Assembly: GCA_036257895.1 (NCBI GenBank)
Contig: DATAES010000151.1
Coordinates: 6,373 to 70,372 of the forward strand
Length of the DNA stretch: 64,000 bases
Source of the DNA: Acidimicrobiales bacterium
Lineage (GTDB): Bacteria > Actinomycetota > Acidimicrobiia > Acidimicrobiales > JACDCH01
Reading direction: 5' to 3'
Part shown: positions 9,054 to 17,350 of the stretch, in pieces
Numbering within the stretch: position 1 is the stretch's first letter
Layout of the letters: each line of letters begins with the position of its first letter
The notes under the pieces: generated by a model
Database searches by the model: none
What the model saw: only the letters and a program-made list of their open reading frames with translations
Told to the model about the DNA's origin: nothing
Translations under genes and position numbers: made by a program

Positions 9054-10664
9054 TCAGGCGAGACCGAGCGCCTCCAATGCGCGTGCCTTCACTCCCTTGT
9101 AGTCGACCTTGCCGTTCGGGGCGCGTTGGATCGACTCGACCACGACCACACGCTTCGGTGCTTTGTAGGCGGCGAGCTTGCCCTTCACGTGCGCGATGAC
9201 GTCGCCCTCGTCGACGGCCGCTTCGGGAAAAGGCTCGACCACCGCGGTGATTGCCTCTCCGAACTTGTCGTCGGGCACGCCGACGGCGACCGCGTCCCGA
9301 ATCGACGGATGCAGCTTGAGCACTTCCTCGACTTCCTCGGGGAAGACCTTCTCACCGCCCGTGTTGATGCACACCGACCCCCGTCCGAGCAGGGTGATCG
9401 TGCCGTCCGCCTCGATCGTCGCGTAGTCACCGGGAACCGAGTACCGCTTGCCGTCGATCATGAGGAACGTGGCCGCGCTCTTCTCGGCGTCCTTGTAGTA
9501 CCCGACCGGCTGCCGTCCGGTGACGGCGACGCGGCCGACCTCACCCGAACCTGCGACCACATCGCGCCCGTCCTCGGTGATCACGCGGGCATTGGGTCCG
9601 AGCGCGAACTTCGCCGTCTTCGTCTCGCCGCCCGCGGTCGTGAGCGCCGTGCCCATCCCGAGCGCTTCGGATGAAGAGAAACCGTCGCTCAGGAGCATGC
9701 CGCCGTGATGGCGCAGCAGCCCCTGCTTCGTCTCCTCCCCCCACATCACTCCGGACGAGACGATCAGGATGACGCTCGACAGGTCCCATTTCCCCGGTTG
9801 GTCGTCGAGCGCGCGCAACACGGGCTTCGCGAACGCATCGCCGACCCACGCGATCGCGTTGACGCCTTCGCGCTCGATCGCGTCGAGCAGCTCGGTCGCA
9901 TCGAACGATCGTCCTTCGAGCGTCACGACGCAGCCGGCGGAGGTCATCGCGGACAACGCCGTGAACATCCCGGTGCCGTGCATCAACGGCGCCGCGGGGA
10001 CGATGACCCGGCCGGGCCGGACGCAGAGCTCGCGCACTTTGTCGAGGTCGGCCTCGACTCCGAAGTCCACGCCGCTCGGTGGGTTCAAGTAGACGAACAA
10101 GTCGTCCAGCCGCCACATCACGCCCTTCGGCATGCCCGTCGTGCCGCCCGTGTAGAGCAGCAGGAGATCGTCGCCGTCGCGCCCGTGCGCGGGAACGGTC
10201 CGCTCGGATGCGGATGCAGCGGCCTCCTCGTAGGGCACGGCCCACGGCGGGCACGGCCCGCTGCCGTCGTCGACCCACAGCCAGGTCCGCACGCTCGCGA
10301 CACGATCCCGCACCCGGTCGCAGCGTTCCGAGAAGCACCCGTGGAAGATCACCGCGACCGCGTCGGCGTTGTCCCACAGGTACACGAGCTCGTCTTCCGC
10401 GTACCGGTAGTTCGTGTTCACGGGTGCGAGGCCCGCCTTGAAGACGGCGAACATCGACTCCATGTACTCGGGGCAGTTGTAGAGGTAGTGGGCGACCTTG
10501 TCCTGGCGGGCGGCGCCGGCGTCGAGAAGCACTTTGGCGACACCGTCAGCGCGGCGATCCATCTCTCCCCAAGTGATGCGGCGGTCGCCCTGTACCTGTG
10601 CCGGCGCATCCGGGAGGTTCTCGGCGACCACCTCCCAGACGTCGGCGAAGTTCCAGCCGGACAT
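9054..10664 (-). CDS. Acyl-CoA synthetase (AMP-forming)
   Basis: 536 aa. AMP-binding motif LLLYTGGTTGMPKGV, plus C-terminal GEKVFPEEVE and GKVDYK. Confidence 0.9.
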   Translation of the reverse strand: MSGWNFADVWEVVAENLPDAPAQVQGDRRITWGEMDRRADGVAKVLLDAGAARQDKVAHYLYNCPEYMESMFAVFKAGLAPVNTNYRYAEDELVYLWDNADAVAVIFHGCFSERCDRVRDRVASVRTWLWVDDGSGPCPPWAVPYEEAAASASERTVPAHGRDGDDLLLLYTGGTTGMPKGVMWRLDDLFVYLNPPSGVDFGVEADLDKVRELCVRPGRVIVPAAPLMHGTGMFTALSAMTSAGCVVTLEGRSFDATELLDAIEREGVNAIAWVGDAFAKPVLRALDDQPGKWDLSSVILIVSSGVMWGEETKQGLLRHHGGMLLSDGFSSSEALGMGTALTTAGGETKTAKFALGPNARVITEDGRDVVAGSGEVGRVAVTGRQPVGYYKDAEKSAATFLMIDGKRYSVPGDYATIEADGTITLLGRGSVCINTGGEKVFPEEVEEVLKLHPSIRDAVAVGVPDDKFGEAITAVVEPFPEAAVDEGDVIAHVKGKLAAYKAPKRVVVVESIQRAPNGKVDYKGVKARALEALGLA

Positions 10665-10764
10665 CGGCCCCCCTTATTGCTGCGATCTGGTGGGCGGGGA
10701 TCGTACCGGTCGCTGTGACACGATCGGCCCGTCTGAGGCTTTCCTGGACGTGGAGGTCGTATCG

Positions 10765-11259
10765 GTGGGGACTGCGCTTCCGGAGCGGGCGGACTTCGAC
10801 GACTTCGTCGCGACGCTCGAGCCCCGGTTGCGGCGGGCCCTGGTCGCCGCGTACGGGCCGGAAGCGGGCCGGGAGGCCACGGCGGACGCGCTGGCGTGGG
10901 CGTGGCAGCACTGGGACCGGCTGAGCGCCATGGACAACCCGGCCGGCTACCTCTGGCGAGTCGGCCAGACGTCGGTTCGCAGCGCAGCCCGCCGGCGGCA
11001 CCGGGAGCTGTCGGCTGTGGTCGAAGTCGAGTTGCAACCGCTCGAGGGCCATCGAGAACCTCGGGTCGAGCCCGCGCTCGACGGTGCGCTCGCCGATCTG
11101 TCCCCGCAGCAGCGGGCCGCCGTCGTGCTGGTCCACGGGTACAGCTACTCGTTGAGCGAGGCCGCTGACGTACTGAGCTGCTCGATATCGACGGTCCGCA
11201 ACCACGTGCAACGCGCACTCCGGCGCCTGCACGCCGCCTTGGAGGTCACCGATGACTGA
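10765..11259 (+). CDS. ECF-type RNA polymerase sigma factor
   Basis: Region 2 (ALAWAWQHWDRL..NPAGYLWRV) and region 4 HTH (LSPQQRAAVVLVHGYSYSLSEAADVLSCSISTVRNHVQRAL). GTG 10765 has GGAGG 8 nt upstream; GTG 10750 is an alternative start. Confidence 0.8.
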   Translation: MGTALPERADFDDFVATLEPRLRRALVAAYGPEAGREATADALAWAWQHWDRLSAMDNPAGYLWRVGQTSVRSAARRRHRELSAVVEVELQPLEGHREPRVEPALDGALADLSPQQRAAVVLVHGYSYSLSEAADVLSCSISTVRNHVQRALRRLHAALEVTDD

Positions 11260-12691
11260 ACGTCCCTCGTCCGACGACAGGGACGCACCGCGTCCTGAGG
11301 TCAGTGCGTTCCTGCACGATCGAGCGACGTCGCTCGACCGCGAGGCTGCGCCCGTGAGCGCCGACGAAGCGGCCCGGCGCACGATCGTCGACGCGAGCAC
11401 GCCCCGGCGGCAATGGCCTGTGTCGCTACGTCCGTCGAAGGTGCGGACGAGTCCGCGGTCGGCGCTCGCAGCGGCCGCCGTCATCGCGCTGATCGTCGGC
11501 GCGCTGGGCGGGTTCGCACTGGGCCGCGGGAGCGCGCCGAAGCACGCCACGGTCGCGACCGCCGCGGCGAACGCGCCCGCGGCCGACTCGGCTGGCGGGA
11601 CGACGACGGTGCCCAGTCAGACACTCGAGAAAGTGACATCGATGGCTCCCGGCATGCCCGGTGGTGTGCCGATGACGAGAGTCTTCGATCGCACGACGTC
11701 CGAGGGCATCGACCTGCATGCGTTCTTGCAGGACCAAGGACAGTTCCTGCAGGTGATGCCCACGTGCGCTCCCGGCGCGGAGTGCGCCGTCGCGAGCGCG
11801 ACGACTGGCAGCGGTGTAACCGCGCCGGAGTGCCCAGCGAACAGTTGGTGTCCGCCACCTGAGTGCTACGCGAGCAGCTTCGTCGTCGAGGCGGCGAACG
11901 ACGGTGCCGTCGGTCAGTCGTATTCGTCGGCTTACCCGCTTCACGACGTGGCGATGGTGACCTCGTCGGTGATGTTCGGCGATGCCGAGGGAAGTCCGGC
12001 TCGCGGTTGGGTTGTCAGATCGAACGAGCAGGTCGCGAGGGTCGAAGCGACGTGGTCGGACGGCTTCGTCGACTCGATGGCGCCCTCCCAGGGATGGGCT
12101 GTCGTCGCGCACAACGGCACGGGCAGCGCGACCATCACGGCGCTCGACGGGTCAGGTGCCGCAGTGGCCACGCTGCCGGGTGACGGCAACTCCTACATGC
12201 AGACGCCGTCTGAGTGCATTCCTCCTCCGCCGCCGCCCCCCGCGCTGCCGCCGGCCGGTGCAGAGCAACCGGATGACCCGGGCGCGGCGCGCCAAGCGAT
12301 CACCGACACGTATCAGACCGTGTTCACCCACGGCAGCGATGCGACGCTGAACGCGACGCTGATCGAGAACCCGGAGGGCATCGAGGACGCGGTCGCGGCC
12401 ACGAGGTCCAACTTCCCCGAGGCGGTCGACACGGTGACGGTGACGGTCGGCGACATCGTGTTCACCTCGAAGACCGAAGCAGCGTTGTACTTCGAGTTGA
12501 AGTACACGGGTGGCGCGTTGTTCGGCCAACAGGTCGGCTACGCCAAGTTCATCGACGGTACGTGGAAGATCTCCCACGACACGATGTGCATGGTCCTCGG
12601 CTGGGGTGGCGGCATGTGTGACGGCGGCGCGTCGGGTTCCTCGCCGGGCGCGCCACCGGTGACGCCGATGACCACCGCACCCAGCAACTAG
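11252..12691 (+). CDS. Putative anti-sigma factor: single-pass membrane protein with a Cys/Pro-rich extracytoplasmic domain
   Basis: Overlaps the sigma gene by 8 nt. One TM helix (ALAAAAVIALIVGALGGFALG) follows about 70 cytoplasmic residues. No HxxxCxxC zinc motif. Confidence 0.55.
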   Translation: MTERPSSDDRDAPRPEVSAFLHDRATSLDREAAPVSADEAARRTIVDASTPRRQWPVSLRPSKVRTSPRSALAAAAVIALIVGALGGFALGRGSAPKHATVATAAANAPAADSAGGTTTVPSQTLEKVTSMAPGMPGGVPMTRVFDRTTSEGIDLHAFLQDQGQFLQVMPTCAPGAECAVASATTGSGVTAPECPANSWCPPPECYASSFVVEAANDGAVGQSYSSAYPLHDVAMVTSSVMFGDAEGSPARGWVVRSNEQVARVEATWSDGFVDSMAPSQGWAVVAHNGTGSATITALDGSGAAVATLPGDGNSYMQTPSECIPPPPPPPALPPAGAEQPDDPGAARQAITDTYQTVFTHGSDATLNATLIENPEGIEDAVAATRSNFPEAVDTVTVTVGDIVFTSKTEAALYFELKYTGGALFGQQVGYAKFIDGTWKISHDTMCMVLGWGGGMCDGGASGSSPGAPPVTPMTTAPSN

Positions 12692-12722
12692 CTGGGGAGG
12701 CGGTGGCTACCATCGCCTCGCC

Positions 12723-13847
12723 ATGGAATTCGACCTTCCGGGTGAAGACGATCCTCAGCGCGCCGACGTGCGGCGCTGGCTGACGGAGCACCCACGACCC
12801 TCTGCACGCGCGCTGGCCGAGGCGGGCTACGTCGCGCCCCACTGGCCGAAGCCATACGGGCTCGATGCCGATCCGGTCCAGCAGTTGGTGATCGACGACG
12901 AGTTGCGTCGGGCCGGCGTGCAGCGTCCGAGCAACCAGATCGGCATCGGTTGGGCCGGGCCGACGATCCTGTACGCGGGCCCGGAAGCACAGAAGGAGCG
13001 CTATCTCGTTCCGTTGCTCGCCGCCGAGGAGATCTGGTGCCAGCTGTTCAGCGAGCCCGAAGCAGGCAGTGATCTCGCGTCGCTGCGGACGCGCGCCGTG
13101 CGGGATGGTGACGAATACGTCGTCAACGGATCGAAGATCTGGACGTCGGCCGCACACGTGGCGAAGTTCGGCATCCTCATCGCCCGCACCGACGCGGACG
13201 CGTCCAAGCACAAGGGCATCTCGTACTTCATCTGCCCGATGAAGTCGCCCGGCATCGAGATCCGTCCGATCGTCGAGATGACCGGCGCGCACATGTTCAA
13301 CCAGGTGTTCTTCAACGATGTGCGCATCCCGGCGGCGAACCTCGTCGGTGACGAGAACGAGGGATGGACGCTCGCCAAGGTGACCCTCGGCAACGAGCGG
13401 GTGTCGCTGTCGAGTGGGGGCGCGCTGTGGGGGATGGGGCCGACGGCGGAGGACCTGCTCGAGGTCGTACGCAAGGCCGGCGGCGTCGACGATCCGATCG
13501 CGCGTCAGCGCCTGGCGCGGCTGCACATCGAGGCGAAGGTGCTCGATCTCATCCGGCTTCGCACGGTCAGCGCCCGCATTCGAGGCGAGCAGCCGGGTCC
13601 CGAGGCGTCCATTCGCAAGGTGCTCGCAGACGAGCACGGCCAGCACATCATGCGAGTGGCCCGCGATCTCGCGGCCGCGGGCGGGATGCTCGCCACTGGC
13701 GGCCCGTTGGGAACGGCCGCAGAGCCTTGGTACTACGGGTTCCTGTTCAGCCCCGCGCTGACGATCGGCGGCGGCACCGGCGAGGTCCAGCGTTCGATCA
13801 TCGGCGAGCGCGTGCTCGGCCTCCCACACGAACCCACCCTCGACTGA
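12723..13847 (+). CDS. Acyl-CoA dehydrogenase
   Basis: 374 aa. WCQLFSEPEAGSDLASL, and GGTGEVQRSIIGERVLGLPHE. Confidence 0.9.
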   Translation: MEFDLPGEDDPQRADVRRWLTEHPRPSARALAEAGYVAPHWPKPYGLDADPVQQLVIDDELRRAGVQRPSNQIGIGWAGPTILYAGPEAQKERYLVPLLAAEEIWCQLFSEPEAGSDLASLRTRAVRDGDEYVVNGSKIWTSAAHVAKFGILIARTDADASKHKGISYFICPMKSPGIEIRPIVEMTGAHMFNQVFFNDVRIPAANLVGDENEGWTLAKVTLGNERVSLSSGGALWGMGPTAEDLLEVVRKAGGVDDPIARQRLARLHIEAKVLDLIRLRTVSARIRGEQPGPEASIRKVLADEHGQHIMRVARDLAAAGGMLATGGPLGTAAEPWYYGFLFSPALTIGGGTGEVQRSIIGERVLGLPHEPTLD

Positions 13848-13858
13848 GGCTTCTTTCT

Positions 13859-13907
13859 GTTTGTGCGGTTCTAACGCGCGCAGTGCGCGAGTTAGAACCG
13901 CACAAAC
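13859..13907 (+). terminator. 49-bp near-perfect palindrome; candidate factor-independent terminator or REP-like element (family C copy 1)
   Basis: gtttgtgcggttctaac / gttagaaccgcacaaac form a perfect 17-bp stem, with an inner cgcgc-agt-gcgcg 5-bp stem. Begins 12 nt after the ACAD stop. No T-tract. Confidence 0.5.
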
Positions 13908-13932
13908 GCCAAGACGTACTGTGCCCCGCGTT

Positions 13933-14334
13933 ATGGCGCGAAAGGAAGGGAAGGGCGAGCACCTCGCCATGAAGGAGCGCGTGGTCGCTACCACGGACCT
14001 TCCGGGCATCCCGGAGGGGACGACCGGCAAGGTGATCGTGGTCGAGGGACTGACGTGGATCCGGTACTGGGTCCGCTTCGCCAACGGCGTCGTGCGGGGT
14101 TCGCTCAACCGCAAGGTGCTGGCGCGGCCCAGTGAGTGGGCCGAGCTCGTCCGCCGCCGCGAGGCGGGCGAGGACGTGACGGCGGGCGACGACGGAACCG
14201 CTGCCGCCGAGGTCGACGGCGCGGGTGCTGCTGATAGCGGCGGCGCCGGCGACTCCGTCATGGTGAACGGCGTGCCGGTTCCCGCACACCTCCTCGAGCG
14301 CAGCAAGAACCGACGACAGGTCTTGGGAGTGTGA
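13933..14334 (+). CDS. Hypothetical small protein
   Basis: High GC3 throughout (..VVATTDLPGIPEGTTGKVIVVEGLTWIRYWVRFANGVVRGSL..). Start is ATG 13933 or ATG 13969. No recognisable domain. Confidence 0.6.
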   Translation: MARKEGKGEHLAMKERVVATTDLPGIPEGTTGKVIVVEGLTWIRYWVRFANGVVRGSLNRKVLARPSEWAELVRRREAGEDVTAGDDGTAAAEVDGAGAADSGGAGDSVMVNGVPVPAHLLERSKNRRQVLGV

Positions 14335-14364
14335 AGCGCAGACCTGCGGAAGAAGGAGTGTGAG

Positions 14365-15408
14365 ATGCAGCTTTCGATGCCGCTCAACTACGCCGGTGGG
14401 TTCGAGGCCTCGGCTCGGCAGGTCGTCGAGCTCGAGCATGCCGGTCTCGACCTCGTGTGGGTGGCCGAGGCCTACGGGTTCGACGCCGTCAGCTTCATGG
14501 GCTACCTCGTCGCGAAGACCGAACGGATCCAGATCGGTTCGGGCATCCTCCCGCTCTACACGCGCACGCCGACGCTGCTCGCCATGACCGCCGCCGGCCT
14601 CGACGCATTGTCGGGCGGTCGAGCGGTGCTCGGGCTCGGCGCATCAGGACCGCAGGTGATCGAGGGCTGGCACGGCATCCCGTACGACAAGCCCCTCGCC
14701 CGCACCCGCGAGATCGTCGACATCTGCCGCAAGGTGTGGAAGCGCGAGGCGCCGCTCACCAACGAGGGGCCGATGTACCACTTGCCGCTGCCGGCAGGAC
14801 AAGGCACGGGTCTTGGCAAACCGTTGAAGATCATCGGCCATCCGGTGCGCGACCGCATCCCGATCTACGTCGCGTCGCTGGGTGAGAAGAACGTCGCCCT
14901 CACCGCCGAGGTGGCCGACGGTTGGTTGCCCGTGTTCTTCGTACCCGAGAAGGCAAAGGACGTGTTCGGTCCTTCGATCGACGCTGGCGCGGCGAAGCGC
15001 GACCCTGCGCTCGGTCCGCTCGACATCTGCGCCGGCGGGTTGGTGTGCATCACCGACGACAAGGCCGAAGCCGAGTCGGTGCGCGACCTCGGTCGGGCGA
15101 TGGCTGCGCTGTACATCGGCGGCATGGGCGCGAAGGGCCAGAACTTCTACAACGCCCTCGCTCGACGCTACGGCTACGAGCAGGAGGCGGAGGAGATCCA
15201 GGACCTGTACCTCGCCGGCCACAAGCAGGAAGCCGCAGCGAAGGTCCCCTCGGACTTGCTCGAGCTCACCTCGTTGTGCGGGTCCGAAGGCTTCATCAAG
15301 GACCGCATCGCCGCCCACAAGGAAGCGGGTGTCACCGTCTTGCAGATCACCCCGTTCGGGGAACGGCCGGCCGAGATCGTCGAGAAGCTCAAGGTCTGGA
15401 GCGAGTAG
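14365..15408 (+). CDS. LLM-class F420-dependent oxidoreductase
   Basis: 347 aa with a luciferase-like monooxygenase fold (LDLVWVAEAYGFDAVSFMGYL.., VLGLGASGPQVIEGWHG). AAGGAG lies 6 nt before the ATG. Confidence 0.9.
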   Translation: MQLSMPLNYAGGFEASARQVVELEHAGLDLVWVAEAYGFDAVSFMGYLVAKTERIQIGSGILPLYTRTPTLLAMTAAGLDALSGGRAVLGLGASGPQVIEGWHGIPYDKPLARTREIVDICRKVWKREAPLTNEGPMYHLPLPAGQGTGLGKPLKIIGHPVRDRIPIYVASLGEKNVALTAEVADGWLPVFFVPEKAKDVFGPSIDAGAAKRDPALGPLDICAGGLVCITDDKAEAESVRDLGRAMAALYIGGMGAKGQNFYNALARRYGYEQEAEEIQDLYLAGHKQEAAAKVPSDLLELTSLCGSEGFIKDRIAAHKEAGVTVLQITPFGERPAEIVEKLKVWSE

Positions 15409-15531
15409 CGGAGCGTGAAGGCGCCGCACCCCGGGGGGCGAGGTGCGGGCCTCCACCTGAGCGGCACCGCCGTCCGCCGCTTCGGAGCACGATACGGACC
15501 CCACATTTCGCGCGGATGAAGCCGGCGTGAA

Positions 15532-16761
15532 CTACGAGTTCTGGTACGCGCCCGGAGCCGTGAACATGCCTCGGTGCCATCGCCGCGGGGTCGCGACGAT
15601 CGCGCGGGGGTAGCCCTCGAACAGCCAGCGGCCGAAACTCCGCGCCGTCCACGGGGTCAGCGACGCGAGCCGGAGGGCGGCACGTGCGCCGCGGCGGTGA
15701 CGGACGACGTGGACGAGGGCCCTCGACATGCGGTGGTCCGCGAACAATGCGGTGCGCACCTCGGCTTCGTACATCGCCGCGACGTGCTCCGGGTCCCTCG
15801 GTCCACCCCGCTCCATCGCGCGGCCCGCGAGCACTCCGGTGACAAGTGCCTGCGCGATGCCCTCGCCCGTCAGGGGATCGGTCGCGTACGCGGCGTCTCC
15901 AGCGAAGAGAACACGTCCGGAGGTCAGCGCCGTCGAGTCGACTCTGGCCGGGATGGGCCAGGCCCGATGTGCAGCCTCGGGTCGGGCGGCCGGACCGAGC
16001 ACCGACCGGATGTGAGGTCGGGCGAGTAGGTCGGGCCACACGTCCTTCATCGCTTGGACCCGGTCGACGTGTCCAGGACGGTGGACATCCGATCGCTGGA
16101 TGCCGAACCCCACGTTGGCTCGGCCGTCGGGGAGCGGGAACGACCACGCGTAGCCGGGCAACAAGTCGGGCTCGAACCAGACCCACAGCTTCCGCGCCTC
16201 GGGGCCGGCACCGATGAAGTACTGACGAAATGCGTGCCACTCGCCGAGATAGCCGGGCGTCGCGGCACCGACCGACTTGCGCAACGGCGACCAGACACCG
16301 TCCGCGCCCACCGCGAAGTGGGCGTGCACTTCACCGAGGCCGTCGACGTCGACGATCACCCGATCGGGCTTCTGGCGCGCGTCGAGCAAGGCGTGACCGT
16401 CGAGGACCTTGGCACCCGCGGCACGAGCGACGTCGAGCAACGCGGCGTCGAGGTCGCTGCGGCGGGCGACCGCTGCGAACAGCCCATCGCCGCGGGGGAG
16501 CGGGAACGTCGACACTCGCCCGGACGGCGACCGCACGACGACGTCATCCACTGCTTGCCACGACGCGACCGATCCGGGATCGAGCCCGAGGACTTCGAGG
16601 AGGCGTAGCGCCTCAGCCGTCAGGCCGTCGCCGCAGCACTTGTCCCGCGGGAACCGAGCCTTGTCGACCACGACGACGTCACGGCCGGCACGGGCGAGCG
16701 TGATCGCCGCCGCGGCGCCCGCCGGCCCACCACCGACGACCACGACATCAGCGGCCATCAT
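15532..16761 (-). CDS. Geranylgeranyl-reductase-family FAD-dependent oxidoreductase
   Basis: Real part of ORF 15532..17226, starting MMAADVVVVGGGPAGAAAA. RFPRDKCCGDGL is typical of the family. Confidence 0.85.
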   Translation of the reverse strand: MMAADVVVVGGGPAGAAAAITLARAGRDVVVVDKARFPRDKCCGDGLTAEALRLLEVLGLDPGSVASWQAVDDVVVRSPSGRVSTFPLPRGDGLFAAVARRSDLDAALLDVARAAGAKVLDGHALLDARQKPDRVIVDVDGLGEVHAHFAVGADGVWSPLRKSVGAATPGYLGEWHAFRQYFIGAGPEARKLWVWFEPDLLPGYAWSFPLPDGRANVGFGIQRSDVHRPGHVDRVQAMKDVWPDLLARPHIRSVLGPAARPEAAHRAWPIPARVDSTALTSGRVLFAGDAAYATDPLTGEGIAQALVTGVLAGRAMERGGPRDPEHVAAMYEAEVRTALFADHRMSRALVHVVRHRRGARAALRLASLTPWTARSFGRWLFEGYPRAIVATPRRWHRGMFTAPGAYQNS

Positions 16762-16811
16762 TCGTGCGACGTTACCGGTGGCGCTCCTTGCAGCGTCACC
16801 GGCGTGCAGCG

Positions 16812-17348
16812 TTACCGGCGTCGGTCGGCCCCGAGCAACGCGACGAACAGCACGGCCGGTTCCTTGCCCGGGTTGCGCCAGCGATGGCGAGTGCCGTTCT
16901 GGACGAAGGTGTCGCCCTGCTTCAAGGTCACCTCGGCACCGTCGTCGAGCTCGCAGATCACCTGACCGGACAGCACGACCTCGAAGTCGACCGTGTCGGT
17001 CGTGTGCATGCCTGGGTCGTTCGGCTCCATGTGCGCCGCCATGCCCGGAAGCCTCTCCTCCATCTCCGCGAGTGCCGCTTCCATGTCGAGGTCCGGCGGG
17101 AGGTCGACACCGGCGGGCGGAACCGTGAAGAACCCGATCCGATAGCCGGCCGTGGGTGGGAAGTACGCGGGTGCCGCGGGCAGCTGTCCACCGGTCGGAA
17201 GCGTCGGGGCATCGTCCGATGCCCACAGCCGATGGAACTCGTAGCCGGGCAACAACGCGAGCGTGATCGGCTCGACCTCCTCGTCGGACACGAACACGGA
17301 CTTACCGTCGGCGTCCTGTCCGGTCACCACCCGACGAACCTTTGTCAT
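16812..17348 (-). CDS. Cupin domain protein
   Basis: ATG 17348 (MTKVRRVVTGQD) lies 2 nt after the upstream stop. Cupin_2 core GMHTTDTVDFEVVLSGQV..GDTFVQNGTRHRWRN. Confidence 0.8.
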   Translation of the reverse strand: MTKVRRVVTGQDADGKSVFVSDEEVEPITLALLPGYEFHRLWASDDAPTLPTGGQLPAAPAYFPPTAGYRIGFFTVPPAGVDLPPDLDMEAALAEMEERLPGMAAHMEPNDPGMHTTDTVDFEVVLSGQVICELDDGAEVTLKQGDTFVQNGTRHRWRNPGKEPAVLFVALLGADRRR

Positions 17349-17350
17349 GT

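Noticed and set aside
12549-14387. A 612-aa minus-strand ORF. Similar long ORFs occur at 45906..47738 (610 aa), 62082..63692 (536 aa), 55353..56318, 24080..25642 and others.
   Set aside because: All are low-complexity Arg/Ser/Pro translations lying opposite genes with strong family signatures (ACAD, LCP, NYN protein, P450, kinase). They are shadow ORFs.
15424-15448. Hairpin CCGCACC-N11-GGTGCGG between the convergent LLM and reductase genes, considered as a terminator.
   Set aside because: The stem is only 7 bp with an 11-nt loop and no T-tract. That is not distinctive enough to call.
16791-16822. Tandem 16-bp direct repeat (cagcgtcaccggcgtg / cagcgttaccggcgtc), plus a third GTTACCGG at 16771, at the cupin/reductase junction.
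   Set aside because: It is short and partly inside the cupin CDS 3' end. It could be chance in GC-rich sequence, and there is no supporting context.
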